DNA of 32,015 nucleotides from positions 62,001-94,015 of the forward strand of contig CAYVYK010000008.1 of the NCBI GenBank assembly GCA_964455675.1, written 5' to 3'. The position numbers were made by a program, and so were the translations under genes. The notes beneath the pieces were generated by a model. The model worked only from the letters and a program-made list of their open reading frames with translations, made no database searches and had not been told where the DNA came from. Origin of the DNA: an uncultured Methanosarcinales archaeon (lineage in GTDB: Archaea > Nanobdellota > Nanobdellia > Woesearchaeales > CAYVYK01). Shown piece by piece: positions 26,613 through 32,015 of this stretch (position 1 is the stretch's first letter; each line of letters begins with the position of its first letter).

Positions 26613-29600
26613 ACATAAAGCTTGGACTCATCTGCCTTGTGCTCATTATAGCGCAAGCTACCTTTGTATGCGCAGCGGAAGACATCGCACTCATCGTGGA
26701 CAATAGGCATTCCCTTGATCCCATCTATGAACAGCGGGTGTACACGGAACTCGGCAGCATGACGTCCATGGTTGATGGACTTCCCTTCAACATCAGCATC
26801 ATCGACCACGAGAATAATGAAAGTTACAGCTATGACCAATTCGCGGCAATCATCGTCGCAGGACGACCAGGAAACGTCGCATATTCTCCAGACTTCCTGT
26901 CGCTTCTAAGAACCGTACCAGTAAACGACCACAAGACCCTTGCCATCGACGTCTCATTTATGCCAGTATGGGGATGGGATGAACAGTACCAAAGCACGAC
27001 GATCTATTACCAGAACCAAAGTATTGAATTTATTAACAACACTGACGCGATCGTCAGCGGATATACCGGCGATACACAGGTATACGACGCCAACTGTCCG
27101 CACACACCAACGCTCATCGGCCTACGCAAAGAAACGAGCAATCTTACTCCACAAGCACGGTTCTATTTCTACAGCACTGTCTACAATATCATATCCAGCG
27201 CGCGACCAGGAACACATCTTGATTATGGAGAGGTCGCCGCGGATAGATTAGTACATTTCGGGCTTTCCTACCCACAATGCTGGACAAGCGATGGAGCAGA
27301 CATTTTCCACAATGCGGTGTATTGGCTGCTCTACGGTGGAGACCTTGATCGGGACACCGTACGCGACGAACTTGATAATTGCGTAACGACAGAAAATCCA
27401 GGACAAGAAGACTTTGATGGGGACGGCATGGGCGATGCGTGCGACCCTGATGTGGATGATGACGGCTACGCCAATGATATCGACTGCAATGATTACAACG
27501 CGGACATTAACCCGGGAGAAATTGAGCTTCCCGACGGCATGGACCAGAATTGCGTCAATGATGCGCCTCTATTCATCCAGACAATCGGGAACCAGACATG
27601 GCCAGAGGATGGCAATATTATCGGAGCCGTATCCCTCAGTTCGCACTTTATAGATTATGATAACACAACCCTTTATTACTCAATTTCCGGCAATACCAGC
27701 ATCCATGTCACAATCACCATGGATACGTCTGTCGATCTTACGCAACCAGCGGACTATTATGGATCGGAAATTGTCACGTTCTCAGCATATGATGGAGCCT
27801 CAACTGCGACATCAAACAAAGTCACACTTAATGTCACCCCTGTGAATGACGCACCAACATTCGAACCAGCACTCGTCAACCACACAGTCCTTGAAGATGC
27901 GCTATTCCACTATGACATCAACTGCTCTGACATAGATCTTGATGCGCTCACCTATCATGACAGCGCAGACGAGTTTGAGATTGACCCCGCAAGCGGACTC
28001 ATCCTCTGGATCCCCACGAACGATCATGTTGGAACGCATCATGAGGACATCACATGCGGTGATGGGCTAGTCAATACCACAGACGATATAACGATAGAAG
28101 TCATCAATACGAACGACGCACCAGTCATCGATGTTCCATCCGTCATCATGGAAGAAGACACAGTCCTAACGCTCAATCTCAGCGCGCATTCGCACGATGA
28201 CGACAATGATATCCTCAGCTATACAATAACCTCTGAGAACAGCACGGAAGCGGACTGCAACGTCAGCGGCAGCATCCTCACAATCACCCCAGCACAGAAC
28301 TTTAATGGAGCTGCGTTCTGCTCGATTATTGCATCAGACAGTACCGCAAATAGCACCGTTGACGATTTTGGCATCACGGTCATCCAAATCAATGACGATC
28401 CTGTGCTCAACCACATTTCCAACATGAGTATCGTTGAAACATACCTCGCAGATATCAACGCGACAGGAGAACTTGGCGCATATGATGCAGATGGAGATGA
28501 ACTCCACTTTAGCTTTACACCCCCGTTTGACAGTCAAGGACGGTGGGAAACCGCTTATGATGACGCAGGCGTCTATGAGATCACGATCAGCGTTGATGAC
28601 ATGCATGGAGGAGTAGACAGCCAGACCATCAGAGTCACCATCTACCCAAAGATCGTCATCAACGAGTTCGAGAGCAACCCAGAAGCCGGCGAACAACCGT
28701 GGGCTGAGCTCTACAACCCGCGCGTCGGAGGAATAGATCTCTCGAGTTGGACGATCACCGACAGCGGATTACACACGGTACCTCTTCCAGCGATCACACT
28801 TTTAAGCGGAGAGTACTATATCCTATCCATCGATACGCTTGAAAGCACATCCGAACAGCTCACGCTTACAAACAATCTCGGTATCGAGATCGATGAAACA
28901 CTCATCGCAGATGATCCCTATGGCGACAACGGCGCCTATGCACGATCACCAAACGGATATGACACAGATTCAGACAGCGACTGGAACTTTCAAGCGGATA
29001 CAGAAAGCATCAACAATGACAATGATGTTGTAGCCCCGACCGTGACACTCATTTCCCCACCAGACGGACTACTGGTACGAACAAACACAACATACTACCA
29101 CCAGATCTATAATTATACCGTCGTTGACGACCGGGCTGCGAGCCTACTGTGCAGATTCTACCACAATAAGACAGGCAGCTGGCTCCCATACGCAATCGCG
29201 ACCGTACCAAACGCAACCCTTTCTTCATTTACACAATCATCATTCACGTACGACAAGAGCATTGTGTGGAACGTTGTGTGCAATGATACCATCAACAGTG
29301 CATTCGCACAGAAGAACTACACGTTTGGTGTCGACTTCAACCAAGCACCGGTCCTTGACGAAATCAGCACGATCACTATCAACGAAACTGAGATCGCAGT
29401 CATCAATGCGAGAGCTTCCGATCCAGAAGGACACAGCATTACTTATACCATAAATGACAGCAGGTTCAACGTGACGAGCGGCATTCTACCAAGTGGAGAA
29501 CTCTTCACAACAGGATGGCAAACTACACACGCTGACACAGGAATCCATTCAGTTCTTGTGAGCGCAACAGACGACACGACAACCGACAGCCAAGTTGTCC

Positions 29601-32015
29601 TGATCATCGTCCTTGATAACGATGCGGATAACGACGATATTATCGACCTGTATGACAACTGCATTGATGCCTACAATCCAGAACAAACCGATACCGATGC
29701 AGATACCATCGGCGATGCATGCGACATTTGCCCGCAAGATCCTTTAAATGACGCGGATGGGGATGGTACATGCGGAGATATCGACAACTGCCCTGCTATT
29801 TACAATCCAGACCAAACCGATAGCGATAGCGACGGAGAAGGAGACGCATGCGACGCATGCCCACTCGACGCAGAAAACGACGCAGACGGAGACGGATACT
29901 GCGCGGATGTCGACAACTGCCCAAGCGACTACAACCCAGAACAAACAGACACAGACAGCGACGACATCGGAGACCTCTGCGACACGTGCGTCAATGATCC
30001 AATGAATGATATTGACGGAGACGGACTCTGCGCTGAAAATGATAACTGCCCAAGCGACTACAACCCAGAACAAACAGACACAGACAGCGACGACATCGGA
30101 GACCTCTGCGACACATGCATGCTTGATCCAGAAAACGATATCGATGCGGACGGCTCGTGCGGCGATGTTGACAACTGCCCCACCCTCTACAATCCAGACC
30201 AGCTTGACAGCGATGGAGACGGTCCTGGAGATGCGTGCGACATCTGCCCACTTGATGATGAAAACGACTTTGATGGCGACGCGATATGCGGTGATCTTGA
30301 CAACTGCCGATACACGTACAATCCAGCACAGGAAGATACCGACAATGACGCAATCGGAGACTTCTGCGACAACTGCCCAAGCGACCCGGAAAACGATGCA
30401 GACGCGGATGGACTCTGCGCAGACTATGATAACTGCCCAAGCGATTACAATCCTTTGCAGACTGATACTGACAGTGACAGCATTGGGGATGCATGCGACA
30501 CTTGCATGATTGATCCAGAAAACGATATCGATGCGGACGGCTCGTGCGGCGATGTTGACAACTGCCCAACCCTCTACAATCCAGACCAAACCGATAGCGA
30601 TAGCGACGGAGAAGGAGACGCATGCGACGCATGCCCACTCGACGCAGAAAACGACGCAGACGGAGACGGATACTGCGCGGATGTCGACAACTGCCCAAGC
30701 GACTACAACCCAGAACAAACAGACACAGACAGCGACGACATCGGAGACCTCTGCGACACGTGCGTCAATGATCCAATGAATGATATTGACGGAGACGGAC
30801 TCTGCGCTGAAAATGATAACTGCCCAAGCGACTACAACCCAGAACAAACAGACACAGACAGCGATGGAGATGGAGACGTATGTGACGTGTGCATGTACGA
30901 TCCTACAAATGATATCGATGGTGATGGCATTTGCAATGATATCGACAATTGCCCAACATTCTACAATCCAGAACAAACAGACTCTGACAATGATGGAATC
31001 GGAGACATCTGTGATGTATGCATGCATGATCCCCTGAATGATGGGGACAGCGATGGATACTGTGCAGACGAGGACAACTGCCCCTTCATCCCGAATCCAA
31101 CACAGGACGATCTTGATAGTGACAGTATTGGAGATGCATGCGACGCATGCCCACTCGACGCAGAAAACGACGCAGACGGAGACGGATACTGCGCGGATGT
31201 CGACAACTGCCCAAGCGACTACAACCCAGAACAAACAGACACAGACAGCGACGACATCGGAGACCTCTGCGACACGTGCGTCAATGATCCAATGAATGAT
31301 ATTGACGGAGACGGACTCTGCGCTGAAAATGATAACTGCCCAAGCGACTACAACCCAGGACAGGAAGATAGCGATACTGACGGCATGGGAGATTCATGCG
31401 ATCTATGCCCAGCTGACGATGAAAATGACGCGGACAACGATGGCATCTGCGGAAATGAGGACAACTGCGCACTCATCTACAATCCAGAACAAACAGACAG
31501 TGATGGAGATGGAACAGGAGACGCATGCGACACGTGCATAAGCGATCCAGACAATGACGCAGACGGAGACGGACTATGCGCAGATAGCGACAACTGCCCA
31601 GCAATCTATAACCCTGAACAAACAGACACGGATAGCGACGGAATAGGAGATGCATGCGACAGCTGCGCAAACGATCCCTCAAATGATATTGACAACGATG
31701 GCATCTGCGGAAATGAGGACAACTGCGCACTCATCTACAATCCAGAACAAACAGACAGTGATGGAGATGGAACAGGAGACGCATGCGACACGTGCATAAG
31801 CGATCCAGACAATGACGCAGACGGAGACGGCATATGCGGCGACCTTGACAACTGCGCTGAGATATACAACCCAGAACAAACAGACACCGACGCAGACGGA
31901 ACAGGAGACGCATGCGACAACTGCCCACTCGACGCTCAAGATGATGAAGATGGAGATGGTATATGCGGCGACCTTGACAACTGCGCTGAGATATACAACC
32001 CAGAACAAACAGACA
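26609..32015 (+). CDS. Giant surface protein, 3'-truncated (>1,800 aa): N-terminal domain shared with the upstream gene, cadherin-like Ig repeats, lamin-tail-like domain and a long TSP3 array
   Basis: Not in the ORF track, presumably because it has no stop in the window. ATGA overlap at 26609-26612; reads MNIKLGLICLVLIIAQATFVCAAEDIALIVD; has VNDAP/NDAP cadherin-like modules and IVINEFESNP..WAELYNP (~28650). The same frame reads ..CAEIYNPEQTD at the window end. Confidence 0.9.
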   Translation, partial: MNIKLGLICLVLIIAQATFVCAAEDIALIVDNRHSLDPIYEQRVYTELGSMTSMVDGLPFNISIIDHENNESYSYDQFAAIIVAGRPGNVAYSPDFLSLLRTVPVNDHKTLAIDVSFMPVWGWDEQYQSTTIYYQNQSIEFINNTDAIVSGYTGDTQVYDANCPHTPTLIGLRKETSNLTPQARFYFYSTVYNIISSARPGTHLDYGEVAADRLVHFGLSYPQCWTSDGADIFHNAVYWLLYGGDLDRDTVRDELDNCVTTENPGQEDFDGDGMGDACDPDVDDDGYANDIDCNDYNADINPGEIELPDGMDQNCVNDAPLFIQTIGNQTWPEDGNIIGAVSLSSHFIDYDNTTLYYSISGNTSIHVTITMDTSVDLTQPADYYGSEIVTFSAYDGASTATSNKVTLNVTPVNDAPTFEPALVNHTVLEDALFHYDINCSDIDLDALTYHDSADEFEIDPASGLILWIPTNDHVGTHHEDITCGDGLVNTTDDITIEVINTNDAPVIDVPSVIMEEDTVLTLNLSAHSHDDDNDILSYTITSENSTEADCNVSGSILTITPAQNFNGAAFCSIIASDSTANSTVDDFGITVIQINDDPVLNHISNMSIVETYLADINATGELGAYDADGDELHFSFTPPFDSQGRWETAYDDAGVYEITISVDDMHGGVDSQTIRVTIYPKIVINEFESNPEAGEQPWAELYNPRVGGIDLSSWTITDSGLHTVPLPAITLLSGEYYILSIDTLESTSEQLTLTNNLGIEIDETLIADDPYGDNGAYARSPNGYDTDSDSDWNFQADTESINNDNDVVAPTVTLISPPDGLLVRTNTTYYHQIYNYTVVDDRAASLLCRFYHNKTGSWLPYAIATVPNATLSSFTQSSFTYDKSIVWNVVCNDTINSAFAQKNYTFGVDFNQAPVLDEISTITINETEIAVINARASDPEGHSITYTINDSRFNVTSGILPSGELFTTGWQTTHADTGIHSVLVSATDDTTTDSQVVLIIVLDNDADNDDIIDLYDNCIDAYNPEQTDTDADTIGDACDICPQDPLNDADGDGTCGDIDNCPAIYNPDQTDSDSDGEGDACDACPLDAENDADGDGYCADVDNCPSDYNPEQTDTDSDDIGDLCDTCVNDPMNDIDGDGLCAENDNCPSDYNPEQTDTDSDDIGDLCDTCMLDPENDIDADGSCGDVDNCPTLYNPDQLDSDGDGPGDACDICPLDDENDFDGDAICGDLDNCRYTYNPAQEDTDNDAIGDFCDNCPSDPENDADADGLCADYDNCPSDYNPLQTDTDSDSIGDACDTCMIDPENDIDADGSCGDVDNCPTLYNPDQTDSDSDGEGDACDACPLDAENDADGDGYCADVDNCPSDYNPEQTDTDSDDIGDLCDTCVNDPMNDIDGDGLCAENDNCPSDYNPEQTDTDSDGDGDVCDVCMYDPTNDIDGDGICNDIDNCPTFYNPEQTDSDNDGIGDICDVCMHDPLNDGDSDGYCADEDNCPFIPNPTQDDLDSDSIGDACDACPLDAENDADGDGYCADVDNCPSDYNPEQTDTDSDDIGDLCDTCVNDPMNDIDGDGLCAENDNCPSDYNPGQEDSDTDGMGDSCDLCPADDENDADNDGICGNEDNCALIYNPEQTDSDGDGTGDACDTCISDPDNDADGDGLCADSDNCPAIYNPEQTDTDSDGIGDACDSCANDPSNDIDNDGICGNEDNCALIYNPEQTDSDGDGTGDACDTCISDPDNDADGDGICGDLDNCAEIYNPEQTDTDADGTGDACDNCPLDAQDDEDGDGICGDLDNCAEIYNPEQTD
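29620..32015 (+). repeat. Coding tandem array of 129-bp (43-aa) TSP3 units, about 18 copies visible
   Basis: Unit DNCP..YNP.Q.D.D.DG.GD.CD.C..DP.ND.DGDG.C. Exact DNA duplications occur at offsets of 129, 258, 387, 774 and 1290 bp, all multiples of 129. Confidence 0.9.

Noticed and set aside
29744..31234. 496-aa minus-strand ORF and other antisense ORFs over the TSP3 array
   Set aside because: Shadow of the repetitive + strand gene; the translation is a low-complexity V/A/C/I repeat.
26940..31541. Short + strand ORFs listed in the track after 26612
   Set aside because: They are off-frame fragments inside the single long ORF starting at 26609.

Overview
A 32-kb window that reads as archaeal, most plausibly a small-genome DPANN-type archaeon (inference). 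The evidence is BRE/TATA boxes about 24-33 nt upstream of apparently leaderless genes, GGAGGTGA/AGGTGA ribosome-binding sites, oligo-T terminators and N-x-S/T-rich surface proteins. About three quarters of it encodes cell-surface proteins. These are a >2,060-aa modular glycoprotein coupled to a membrane-anchored partner, a pair of secreted paralogues (short and long form) followed by a CcmH/DUF1573-like protein, a lipobox protein and a DUF916-like Ig protein, and two giant Ca2+-binding thrombospondin type 3 (TSP3) repeat proteins, the last running off the window and missing from the ORF track. Between these blocks is a bacterial-looking lipid module: an Lgt-family protein, a two-gene activase/DUF2229/HgdD-like pair with the architecture of plasmalogen/ether-lipid synthases (PlsA/PlsR, Ger), and an alpha/beta hydrolase. 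A low-GC orphan ORF is followed by a degenerate triple repeat ending in a GTAG-flanked, REP-like hairpin. The two best candidates for an undescribed system are the putative lipid-remodelling/lipoprotein module (8388-15019) and the putative major/minor-subunit surface filament locus with a long structured leader (16061-22811). No rRNA, tRNA, CRISPR-Cas or transposase was seen. All family calls come from reading motifs by eye, not from searches.
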